A stretch of DNA of 36,981 nt, from positions 1-36,981 of IMG/VR virus record IMGVR_UViG_3300020579_000026, one strand, 5' to 3'. This DNA comes from a virus. Its lineage: Duplodnaviria > Caudoviricetes. A program made the translations under genes and the position numbers. This document shows, one piece after another, positions 28,395-36,181 of this stretch. The notes under the pieces are model-generated. The model saw nothing but the letters and a program-made list of their open reading frames with translations. It made no database searches and was not told where the DNA came from. How positions within the stretch are numbered: position 1 is the stretch's first letter; every line of letters starts with the position of its first letter.

Positions 28395-28926
28395 GGCCAA
28401 CGGCCTCCTGATATCTCGGGTCGTCTTCATCGAAGACGGTCAGACGGTCGATGTATCTCAATGCACCGCGGAAGACGTGTTGCAGTCTCTTTTTGTCCGC
28501 ATCCACGTGCACCATTAGGCCGTAGCACCAGATGCACAAGATGCCACGCGGCTTGCCAAGGCGCGTCCTGTCGCGGCGAATATCGCCAGGGCCGCGCGTC
28601 CCCTCTGCGCCACAGCACTCGCACTTGGCTTCATACTCCTGCGCCAAGTAGTTGGGACGCGCGGGTACTACTTCCGGCGCGTGGGCAAAGTCACCGTGGA
28701 TTTCCTTGGCGGCCTTCTCATAAGCAGCCTGAGCATCGGCTGCATGAGAGAAATACCCGAGATAGTGCCGCTTGCCCGCGAAGTGGATACGCGCGACGTA
28801 GCCAGTCCCGTGGGGGAAGACCCCGCGCGACGGCGCGATTGTACGCCGGCTGGTGTCGCGGCGCGCAGCGTTCTGCGCAGCGGTACAAATTCGCAGATTG
28901 TCGATAGCGTTGTACGAACGATACAC
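28387..28926 (-). CDS. Degenerate HNH-AP2 protein with endonuclease VII-like zinc module
   Basis: GTG at 28926 follows GGAG. Contains N.IDNLR.CT.AQN, AP2 motifs (RGV, YVARI...GKRHYLGYF, AAYEKAAKEIHGDFA) and CECC...RGILCIWC. Confidence 0.7.
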   Translation of the reverse strand: MYRSYNAIDNLRICTAAQNAARRDTSRRTIAPSRGVFPHGTGYVARIHFAGKRHYLGYFSHAADAQAAYEKAAKEIHGDFAHAPEVVPARPNYLAQEYEAKCECCGAEGTRGPGDIRRDRTRLGKPRGILCIWCYGLMVHVDADKKRLQHVFRGALRYIDRLTVFDEDDPRYQEAVGHG

Positions 28927-28960
28927 TTTTGGAAGCTCCGTCGATTTCCCTGCTAAGTCC

Positions 28961-29875
28961 TTACGATGTCGGCGTTTCCCACCACAGGGCGCGGGGATCG
29001 TTGTACCCAAAACTGTAACGTTCATAGGCTTTGACAAGGAGGTTGTCGGTCACATTGTCGACCCATAAATCGCTTTCGTATGGAATTCTCATCATATGTA
29101 TTAATCCATCAATATTCGTTGTCAGCCCCCACGCGAAGTTCGACGTGAGGAAGTCGAGCACGATGAAGCCTTCCGGCAGGCCGCCCGAGAGAGTGAGAAT
29201 GGCGTTGACATCGTTGTCGGCCGTACCGGGACGAAGCTCCGTCTTCGTCAGACGAATGGCGATGCCTTCGAGATTTGGCGGCACCACCAGACGCCGACCG
29301 CGCGAGAGAATGCGAATGCCGCGTTCGTTGACGAACTGCGTGCGCACGTTCGTCATGTCGGCAAGCAACGTCGATTCGTTGAGCGACTTCGGCGTCGAAG
29401 ACGTGTTCGCCCACGTTCCGCCGTCGTAGGGATGCGCGGTCGAGGCGAGCGCCACGCCATCGCCGATGATCTGCGTATTCTGCGTAGTGGCGAGGTTGAG
29501 GATATTCGCGCCCTGGATTTCCTTGAACTGGGCGAAGGCTTCCTGAAGTTTCAGGTTGGTCGGATTGAACTGCGCCTTGTAAACGTTGTCGTCAATCGCT
29601 TTGCGGGTAATGGCGTAGCCGAGTGCGACTTCGACATGCACAAAGGCCCAGGTGAAGCGTTCGCCCGCGTTGTTGTCGAAGGCGGTAGCCGCGCCTTCAT
29701 CCTTCAGTTGCGGGAGGCCGACGAAGGCCATCTGGGTCGAACGTTCGACCGCCAACTTGGAGTGGTGGGTGGTAAATACGCGATCCCACTGTCTCGGAAT
29801 CATGTCGTAGCTGCCGCGGACATCGAACAGTCCGGGCAGCAGTTCGGAGCGGATATTGGCTAATGCGATGGGCAT
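28961..29875 (-). CDS. Major capsid protein (HK97-fold, Mu gpT-like)
   Basis: ELLPGL, K.EG....FD, H..VALGYAIT..AIDDN.Y, GDGVAL.STAHP, LVVPP.L and ERYSFG..DPR; 304 aa. Confidence 0.88.
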   Translation of the reverse strand: MPIALANIRSELLPGLFDVRGSYDMIPRQWDRVFTTHHSKLAVERSTQMAFVGLPQLKDEGAATAFDNNAGERFTWAFVHVEVALGYAITRKAIDDNVYKAQFNPTNLKLQEAFAQFKEIQGANILNLATTQNTQIIGDGVALASTAHPYDGGTWANTSSTPKSLNESTLLADMTNVRTQFVNERGIRILSRGRRLVVPPNLEGIAIRLTKTELRPGTADNDVNAILTLSGGLPEGFIVLDFLTSNFAWGLTTNIDGLIHMMRIPYESDLWVDNVTDNLLVKAYERYSFGYNDPRALWWETPTS

Positions 29876-29891
29876 GGATTATCTCCGCTCG

Positions 29892-30503
29892 TTACATGCC
29901 GAAGTTCGACCGCTTCAACTGATTGTTGAAGCCGACGATGACCCAGTTGAAGGCGGTGGTTGGATCGGAGCCGTTGCCGATGCCCTGGTAGAGATCGATG
30001 ATGCGGAACGGCAGGGTGGTTGCGCCGGCACCGGAGGTGACGGTCGACTGATCGATCGTCATGGCCGAGAAGGCGCCGCCGGTCGTCGCACCGACTCCGG
30101 TCGAGAAGTTCGCGACTTGTCCGATGTTGGCCGAGGTGATCGCGGTATTTGCCGCGGCGACAAGGAACTGCGCGCCCGGCGCGTCGATGACGTAGGCCGT
30201 GGCGTTCTGCGCCACCCCCGAGGCGGGATAGAACGGCGACCATGTAGGCGCGCCGCCCGCAGATGGGATCATCATGCACCCCTGGAAGATGCCGACGATC
30301 GCCGCAGCGGCAGCGGTCGCGAGGGTCGGGGTTGCGGGGATGATGAAGGGGGAGGTCGAATTGGTGTAGATCACCGCGTCGCCAAAACAGATGTTCGTCG
30401 CGAGAGCCGACGAAATCACGTAGTGCGACAACTGGAAATCGGGCGCACCGCCTGGAACGTAAGACGTGTGCTTGAAGCCGAATGCAGCTTGCGTATTGGC
30501 CAT
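29892..30503 (-). CDS. Capsid-associated (decoration/cement-like) protein
   Basis: MAN..AAFGFK, I.FGDAV, VGIFQGC and AYVID.P; directly upstream of the capsid gene. Confidence 0.7.
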   Translation of the reverse strand: MANTQAAFGFKHTSYVPGGAPDFQLSHYVISSALATNICFGDAVIYTNSTSPFIIPATPTLATAAAAAIVGIFQGCMMIPSAGGAPTWSPFYPASGVAQNATAYVIDAPGAQFLVAAANTAITSANIGQVANFSTGVGATTGGAFSAMTIDQSTVTSGAGATTLPFRIIDLYQGIGNGSDPTTAFNWVIVGFNNQLKRSNFGM

Positions 30504-30504
30504 G

Positions 30505-30666
30505 CCGGAATATCTCCGGGCTGTGGCTCAATTCTTCGCCGGCGCGGCGAATATGATGCCGGGATATGGGCGCCTGCGGCGTGCGGCGCGGGAAGTGCCA
30601 GATCAAATAAGCGCACAGCGCGGCGCTTTATCTGGCGAAGCTCGACCCGATTCGGCGCGAATCGGG
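30505..30666 (-). ncRNA. Putative structured cis-regulatory RNA leader: four hairpins sharing a C-RCGCY-G loop plus an RBS-sequestering hairpin
   Basis: Loops at 30541, 30578, 30617 and 30654 have different complementary stems; CCGGA-gatat-TCCGG covers the GGAG RBS. Confidence 0.6.
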
Positions 30667-30692
30667 GAACGTGAGAGGGATTAGGCTAGGTT

Positions 30693-30710
30693 CAAGTGAT
30701 TCGTGTCAAG
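30693..30710. repeat. 18-bp direct repeat, copy 1 (CAAGTGATTCGTGTCAAG)
   Basis: Identical to 31182..31199; reads CTTGACACGAATCACTTG on the sense strand. Confidence 0.9.
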
Positions 30711-31086
30711 CGGTTTCCGCAAGTTCGGGCTCGACCTCGGCCGGTTCGTCGGCTTTGGGTTCCGGTTTTTCGTATGGAGCGGCAAGCGCGAACGGACGGA
30801 CGGTTTCGGCGTCCCATTTGTCGAGCAAAGGAACGCCCAGCCGTTCGACTACCGGCGATCCATGCCATGCGCCAAGCACGATGAGGTCGACGGTGGATGG
30901 GGTTGCCGGGGTCGCGGGAGTGGCAGCGGTCGCTTCGGCCGTTTTGGTTTTGGCAACAGCCGGCTTCTCGGCAACCGCCTTCTCGCCTTCATGCGATCCC
31001 ATGACGATGGCGGGATAGCATTTTTCCGGGTCGTCGTTGCCGTCAGGATACACGAACACGATGGTTCCGCTTTTGGGATCGCTCAT
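30706..31086 (-). CDS. Hypothetical protein with Ala/Thr/Pro low-complexity insert
   Basis: ATG at 31086 with GGAG RBS; P..GTIVFVY, YPAIV and TVDLIV. Confidence 0.7.
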   Translation of the reverse strand: MSDPKSGTIVFVYPDGNDDPEKCYPAIVMGSHEGEKAVAEKPAVAKTKTAEATAATPATPATPSTVDLIVLGAWHGSPVVERLGVPLLDKWDAETVRPFALAAPYEKPEPKADEPAEVEPELAETA

Positions 31087-31181
31087 GAAAGACTCCATTT
31101 CGGGTACTGGGTCAGTTTCAATTGTGGCGGGTCAATCGCTATGATTGACCCACTACCCCATTTCGTCAAAGGGAATGTGCG

Positions 31182-31199
31182 CAAGTGATTCGTGTCAAG
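31182..31199. repeat. 18-bp direct repeat, copy 2
   Basis: Identical to 30693..30710. Confidence 0.9.
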
Positions 31200-31395
31200 G
31201 GGAATCCAACCAGAAAAGCCGAAGCCGCGCGGCCACAGCGAGTGCAAGAGCACATTCTTCGGGGGTATCGCACCCGATCGTAGGATTATCCACATGTTTG
31301 AGATTGGTTAAGGATTTGCCAGCGGCAGCCTTGCGGCCTTTAGCGTCCCACCACAGTTGGGCGGCCCGCCAAAGCATATCGTCCATCGCGATCAT
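31195..31395 (-). CDS. Hypothetical protein, 66 aa
   Basis: ATGA coupling to the glycosyltransferase. Confidence 0.55.
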   Translation of the reverse strand: MIAMDDMLWRAAQLWWDAKGRKAAAGKSLTNLKHVDNPTIGCDTPEECALALAVAARLRLFWLDSP

Positions 31396-32231
31396 TCCGC
31401 CGCTTCCAGCTTTTGAATGTCGGCCGTGACTTGTTCCACGATCCCCACATCCGGCTTCGGCGGTTCAACCAGCTCTGCCGGCGCCTTCGGCTGTGTTTCT
31501 TCGCTTGCCGGCATCAGACGCGGCACTTGTTGAATCGTGTACGCCGTCATGTCGAGATAACGATGGCCGTAGTCGTAGGGGCCGACGTGAGAAATCTTGT
31601 GGCCGATCGCCGCCCAGGTCTGGCCGCCGCAGATGTTGTGGCGAATGCAGAAGGATAAATCCTCCGAGACGATTCCGCGTTCGGGGATATCCATCTTGTC
31701 GAATAACCGCAGCATGCGGGTGGCCCCTGCCGACTGCATGATGCCTTTGGCGGGGTGAAGATCGAGGCGCGTGTCGATCAGTTCGGGGAACCGTGTGAGC
31801 ATCGGCAGCACGCAATCGCGGCGAATGAGACAACACCCCATGCCGACACCTTCGACCCGCATGAAATCGCCGCGGCGTTCCGCAAGCGTATCCCCCGTGC
31901 CCGATCCTGCCCACGAGGTCGGCAACTGCCGTTGCGGGTAGATCGAACCCACCAGAGGTTCATCGAACAGCAGCATGTCGAGCACGAGTTCGGGCGGGAA
32001 GCCCATGTCGGAATCGACGAACAGCAGATGCGAAATGTCGGTCAATCGGTCGAACCAGATGGTGAGCGCCATGTTGCGCAGTTCGGCAATATCGGGAAAC
32101 GAAAGCGTCGACACTCCGAAGCCGATGCTTTTGGCGGCAAGGCATTGCCCGACCGCGTGCGATGTGAGAAAAGTCGTCGCGGTGACGTGCTGGCCGTAGC
32201 CGGGAACAAACATATAGACACGGTGGGACAT
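31392..32231 (-). CDS. GT-A fold glycosyltransferase
   Basis: IAELRN, HLLFVDSDMGF (DxD), VGMGCCLIRR, SEDLSFC and HVG. Confidence 0.85.
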   Translation of the reverse strand: MSHRVYMFVPGYGQHVTATTFLTSHAVGQCLAAKSIGFGVSTLSFPDIAELRNMALTIWFDRLTDISHLLFVDSDMGFPPELVLDMLLFDEPLVGSIYPQRQLPTSWAGSGTGDTLAERRGDFMRVEGVGMGCCLIRRDCVLPMLTRFPELIDTRLDLHPAKGIMQSAGATRMLRLFDKMDIPERGIVSEDLSFCIRHNICGGQTWAAIGHKISHVGPYDYGHRYLDMTAYTIQQVPRLMPASEETQPKAPAELVEPPKPDVGIVEQVTADIQKLEAAE

Positions 32232-32443
32232 TAAGAGCGACCTTCGTGCATAGAGAAGATAGCGTTGTGGGACTCGATAAATACAGCGCGGCGTTTCGGA
32301 TCGGTTTCAGCATTTGCCTGTGCGCGAAGCCAACAAATTCCCCGTTTTAATGGGTCATCGTCCTCGCGAAGACAGACAATCTCAGGTCGCCCACATCGCC
32401 GGCATCGTTGTGTTAAAATATCCACGTCATGGGGCCAGCACAT
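32231..32443 (-). CDS. Small Cys-rich protein, 70 aa
   Basis: C..H.......CRRCG zinc-ligand pattern; coupled on both sides. Confidence 0.6.
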   Translation of the reverse strand: MCWPHDVDILTQRCRRCGRPEIVCLREDDDPLKRGICWLRAQANAETDPKRRAVFIESHNAIFSMHEGRS

Positions 32444-33382
32444 TTATCTCACCCCCACCCTCTGTATATTCACCACGTTCGCGGGCGGGAGCAATCGCGC
32501 CGCCCATGCCTGCTGTTCTTCCGGCGGCATTCCGGCGATTAACCCCGGCACCAACGCCGTGGCTTGGCCTTTGGCGCGCATGTAGCGGTCATCTTGCTTG
32601 ATGATACCGCCTTGGCTCGCCTGCCATTCGAGATCACGCGCCTGCTGGCGCACGCTGTCGTTGATCCATTTCGAGCGATATTCGATATGCGGCGCCATCG
32701 CCTTGATTTGTTTCTTGCGCCATGACGCTTCCTCAAATTCCTCCGAATCGACAATGGCATCCGCCACCATGCGCCGATGCAGATAAGCGCAGTCGAAGAA
32801 CGTCGTCCACCAACCTAGTTCGCGCAAGCCCATCGTCGGCGGCTTTCCCTGCTTATCGTATTCGACGCGCGTATCGGCCACGAACACCCGGTCGATCCGC
32901 TGGCACAACTCGAATACCCAATGGTCCCAGAACCAATAGGTAAACAAAGGCGGGGCGTAATAGCCGAGCTTGTCGGCGAGTTTGCGCGTCATCGCGAACG
33001 TATCGGGGAAAGAAGCATTGCGCAGATGATTGACCACGAGGCCGTAACCATCGGGAAACAATGATGCCGCCTCGACGATCTTTTCGTCGAACCCTTTGAC
33101 TGTAAATGCGTTGTAGTCAGATAGGTTGACAATGATTCCCGCATCCTTGTCTTCCAAAGCGCGATTGTATTTTGCTCCGGTCGTATCCTCGCGCGGACGA
33201 ATGTCGATCTTGACTTGCGGCGCATTATACCAGCGCAGCTTTTGTTTGGTGGCTTCATCATCATTGTCGACAGACACCATCAGGACCGTATCGGGCAAGG
33301 TGATATTCGACAGCGTCGTCTCGATCGTCCGGGCTAGTATTTCGGGACGATTGCGGGTGATGAGGTTGATGACGAGTTTCAT
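32444..33382 (-). CDS. GT2-like glycosyltransferase
   Basis: ATG at 33382; LITRNRP..L, VSVDNDD, KYNRA, NLSD, F.YWFWDHW. Confidence 0.75.
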   Translation of the reverse strand: MKLVINLITRNRPEILARTIETTLSNITLPDTVLMVSVDNDDEATKQKLRWYNAPQVKIDIRPREDTTGAKYNRALEDKDAGIIVNLSDYNAFTVKGFDEKIVEAASLFPDGYGLVVNHLRNASFPDTFAMTRKLADKLGYYAPPLFTYWFWDHWVFELCQRIDRVFVADTRVEYDKQGKPPTMGLRELGWWTTFFDCAYLHRRMVADAIVDSEEFEEASWRKKQIKAMAPHIEYRSKWINDSVRQQARDLEWQASQGGIIKQDDRYMRAKGQATALVPGLIAGMPPEEQQAWAARLLPPANVVNIQRVGVR

Positions 33383-33561
33383 GATATTGTGCAATCCTGC
33401 GCCAACGGAGAGTCTTTCATGTCTCGTAACGCCTGAATGAGACACATGCGCGACGTTTCATCGTTTGCTTGTTCCAGCGTTCTAGCGGCAAATTCGAGGC
33501 CCCATTTTAGGCCCTCGAAATAAGCCTTCCGCGCATCGTCGCTGCGTCGTTTGAGAATCAT
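33379..33561 (-). CDS. Hypothetical protein, 60 aa
   Basis: Fills the gap; ATGA coupling to the GT2-like gene. Confidence 0.55.
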   Translation of the reverse strand: MILKRRSDDARKAYFEGLKWGLEFAARTLEQANDETSRMCLIQALRDMKDSPLAQDCTIS

Positions 33562-33564
33562 GTT

Positions 33565-34272
33565 TCACCAATGCACAATGAACCGCCGACCGACAACGCC
33601 ATAACCCCCATAGTCGGTGTAACGATAACGATAGAACGCCGTGGTAATCTCCCGCCACGCCCGCTGCTGGCCGAAATCCGGCGAGCCGCTGTTGCAGTAC
33701 CAATCGTCGAACAGGATGGTGGCACCATCCGTGATCATTCCGCGTGCGAATATCGGCACCAGCGCATCAATGGTCGACTGATATAGATCGCAATCCACGT
33801 GCAACAGAGCAAAACGGGCATCTTCCGGGATTGTTTTCACCGTGTCCTTGAACCAGCCGGGAAATATTTCGATGCGATCTTCGCTCAGATGCCGGGCGCA
33901 ACGCTCTTTCAATTGTTCGGGCGAGCCGCCCCTGGCCCCGCCCGGAGGCCAGATGCCACGGGCGATGTGCGGGCTTGCCAGATCAACCGGATTGGTCGCT
34001 TGTGGGAATCCTTCAAACCCCTCAAACAGAAAAAGACGCCGCTCGCTCGACGTGTTCGCCTTTTCGTTGATATCGTAGAGAACGGAACAACGGGCGAGTT
34101 CGCGCGCAAGAACTTCCGCCGAGCGGCCCTGATAGGAACCAAATTCGGCGAAGTGACCATCGACCCCGGCGGTGACGACGTATTGCACCGCCCGCATTAA
34201 CGGCATGGGATCGAAATCGGCGAAACCCTCGTAAGGATCGGATGAGACGATGCTTGTCGCAGCTTCGTTCAC
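33565..34272 (-). CDS. TylF/MycF/NovP-family O-methyltransferase
   Basis: G.FAEFGSYQGRS, F..FEGFP, GWFKDT, LLHVDCDLYQST and ILFDDW. Confidence 0.9.
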   Translation of the reverse strand: MNEAATSIVSSDPYEGFADFDPMPLMRAVQYVVTAGVDGHFAEFGSYQGRSAEVLARELARCSVLYDINEKANTSSERRLFLFEGFEGFPQATNPVDLASPHIARGIWPPGGARGGSPEQLKERCARHLSEDRIEIFPGWFKDTVKTIPEDARFALLHVDCDLYQSTIDALVPIFARGMITDGATILFDDWYCNSGSPDFGQQRAWREITTAFYRYRYTDYGGYGVVGRRFIVHW

Positions 34273-34832
34273 TTGTCAGCCTTTCTCACCGCCCATGACG
34301 AATCGCGATAAAGTTTAACTTCCCCGCCGTATTGCGCAATGAATTCATCCACAGCTTTTGGCACTTGCGTATATTCTGAATGGTCGTGACCGGCGAGATA
34401 ACCTCCCGGTTTGACCAAAGGATAACCCGCTACGATGTCACGCCGGACTGCTTCGAGGTCATGCTCGGCATCGAGATAGACCAGATCGAATTTCTCGGGC
34501 GGAATGTCCTTGAGAATATCGGGACTCCACCCTTTGAGTAACTGCAAATTCGGATATCCACCGCAGCGCATGACGAATTCGGATGCTGAAAGATGCGTCG
34601 TCTCCTGCAAGGGATCGACGGCAATTACGGAACGGCATAGCAACAGAAACGTCTCGGTGGAAATCCCCCGATGCGAGCCTATCTCCAATACGTTTTGCGC
34701 CGAGCAATCGGAAATCAAATGAATCAATCCCTCAACCCGATTCGTCTGATCATCGGGACAGGCATCGCGACAACGCGGTTCCTTGATCAATTCGTTGATG
34801 CGGGCGATCTTATATTCGAGGAAGTTTATCAT
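34269..34832 (-). CDS. Class I SAM-dependent methyltransferase (Methyltransf_24-like)
   Basis: VLEIGSHRGIST, FDLVYLDAEH....VRRD and LVKPGGYLAGHD. Confidence 0.9.
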   Translation of the reverse strand: MINFLEYKIARINELIKEPRCRDACPDDQTNRVEGLIHLISDCSAQNVLEIGSHRGISTETFLLLCRSVIAVDPLQETTHLSASEFVMRCGGYPNLQLLKGWSPDILKDIPPEKFDLVYLDAEHDLEAVRRDIVAGYPLVKPGGYLAGHDHSEYTQVPKAVDEFIAQYGGEVKLYRDSSWAVRKADK

Positions 34833-35003
34833 GTGAGGAATCAGATAAAGCGGCCGGCTTCTCCCGATTGGCGGTTAGACACACCATGCCTCCGGGCCAG
34901 TTCTCCCTTTGGCATCCCGATCTTCCCCGCACTTCATCGGGAGCGTGGTTTCTCTGCCCGCCGGCCACGGGGCGCAGAGGAAAGGAGGGAAGATCGGGCT
35001 AAC
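34833..35003 (-). promoter_or_regulatory. Structured leader with a possible 24-aa uORF (34841..34915)
   Basis: 12-bp inverted repeat at 34916-34927/34987-34998, 8-bp at 34861-34868/34936-34943, and further short stems. Confidence 0.45.
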
Positions 35004-35207
35004 TCACAAATTAGTCGCCATTTTCTCCGCATGCATTAGCACATCATCGACCGAATGATCCTCGATATACTGTCGCGTTATTGCGAATCCGAGCTTCCCG
35101 CTTGCATTTTCCACAAGAATATTATCGATCGTATCCTGAATCGTGACCTTACACGCGGGCATGCGACGTTGAATTTGCAAGGCGATATTCCCAACAGAGA
35201 TCGGCAT
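35004..35207 (-). CDS. Hypothetical protein, 67 aa
   Basis: Starts 6 nt after the upstream stop, on the operon strand. Confidence 0.6.
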   Translation of the reverse strand: MPISVGNIALQIQRRMPACKVTIQDTIDNILVENASGKLGFAITRQYIEDHSVDDVLMHAEKMATNL

Positions 35208-35213
35208 GACGGA

Positions 35214-35897
35214 TTACGGCTGCGAATCGTCCGCCGGTTGATAATTCGGCGGGGCGATCTCGTAGGTTTCGTCGATCGACAGTTGCGTCTTGCGTCCTTT
35301 GTAGTTGGCGCGAGGATTGAGTTTCAAGTCCTGGTGCATCGATCCTTGCAGGTTGGCCCTCCGGCCCATGAGGGCTTCGTCGCGGTCCTTCATTTGCGTC
35401 AAAGCGCGAACCTTGTCCTCATATTCGGCTTCGGCGCAGAGTTCCTCCGGGCGTTCCTCTAGCCGCATCCCTTCGATCTCGATCGGACCTTCGTGATTGA
35501 GCGGCATGAACATGCCGGGATGACGATTCGCCGGCACCGGCCGCCAGCCTTGGGCGTACATCGTCAGATTATGTCGGCGCGCGACTTCGGCATTACCAAT
35601 GACGGAAACCGTGTTCCACTGGTACCGCCAGCCCTTGGGAATGATGTCCTCCGGGATTTCGTAAGCATCGGTCGTGCCGGCCTTGCCGCGCGAGAGGACT
35701 TCCCCGTTGCGCCCTTTGACCACCACACCCCCGCGGGCATTGGTGCGCGGTTCGTGCGTCACAGCATCGGAACGCGGCGAGGGGCGCGCGTCACGGCCTC
35801 CGGTGCGTTGGACCGTGGTATCGTCATCGATCGGCATTTGCCCTTGCACGGGCTGAATGCGCGGAGCGGAAGGCTGTGGGTCGGGGCGTGGGGCCAT
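35214..35897 (-). CDS. Head-module protein of unknown function
   Basis: P.GWRYQW, GWRPVPANRHP and IEIEGMRLEERP; GAGGA RBS; lies between scaffold and capsid genes. Confidence 0.75.
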   Translation of the reverse strand: MAPRPDPQPSAPRIQPVQGQMPIDDDTTVQRTGGRDARPSPRSDAVTHEPRTNARGGVVVKGRNGEVLSRGKAGTTDAYEIPEDIIPKGWRYQWNTVSVIGNAEVARRHNLTMYAQGWRPVPANRHPGMFMPLNHEGPIEIEGMRLEERPEELCAEAEYEDKVRALTQMKDRDEALMGRRANLQGSMHQDLKLNPRANYKGRKTQLSIDETYEIAPPNYQPADDSQP

Positions 35898-35899
35898 GG

Positions 35900-36181
35900 T
35901 TAGTATCCTCTCTGTTCGCGCACGGCGGCTTCAAGTTCGCGGGCGGCAGCCTCGAATTCGACTTTCGCATGAAACCAACGTAAGGCCGCCCTTTCAACAT
36001 CGCGGGCATTTTTCTCAGCTTGGCTTGACGAAGCAGTCCCAATCTTGCGCTCGTAGACTGGTGTAACTTCTGTGCCGCTCTGTCCCATCATCCGCACGGA
36101 GCCACTAAAACCGCTTTCCGCTTGCCGCGCGGCCCAATCGTCCATCTGTTTCGCGGCGTCTTTAATCTGGTCGTTCATCAT
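35900..36181 (-). CDS. Hypothetical protein
   Basis: ATG at 36181 in an ATGA overlap with the upstream stop. Confidence 0.65.
   Translation of the reverse strand: MMNDQIKDAAKQMDDWAARQAESGFSGSVRMMGQSGTEVTPVYERKIGTASSSQAEKNARDVERAALRWFHAKVEFEAAARELEAAVREQRGY

Noticed and set aside
28926-29037. Programmed frameshift fusing the capsid protein to the AP2 ORF via GGGAAAC
   Set aside because: The heptamer is out of register for -1 slippage and the AP2 frame would need a +1 shift; an independent GTG start with an RBS exists.
30535-30666. Mini CRISPR array suggested by the 37-39 nt periodicity
   Set aside because: Only a 7-nt loop is shared, there are no true direct repeats or spacers, and no cas genes are present.
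30900-30945. ATPATPATP tandem repeat as a contingency locus
   Set aside because: Codons vary between units, so it is a low-complexity linker rather than a slippage-prone DNA repeat.
33565-34832. DNA methyltransferases or a restriction-modification system
   Set aside because: No DPPY/NPPY or PC catalytic motifs; the motifs match small-molecule or sugar O-methyltransferases.
34833-35003. Known riboswitch, ribozyme or tRNA (SAM-II, SAM-SAH, ZTP, hammerhead, C4)
   Set aside because: The conserved cores of these families could not be matched by eye; kept only as an unknown structure.
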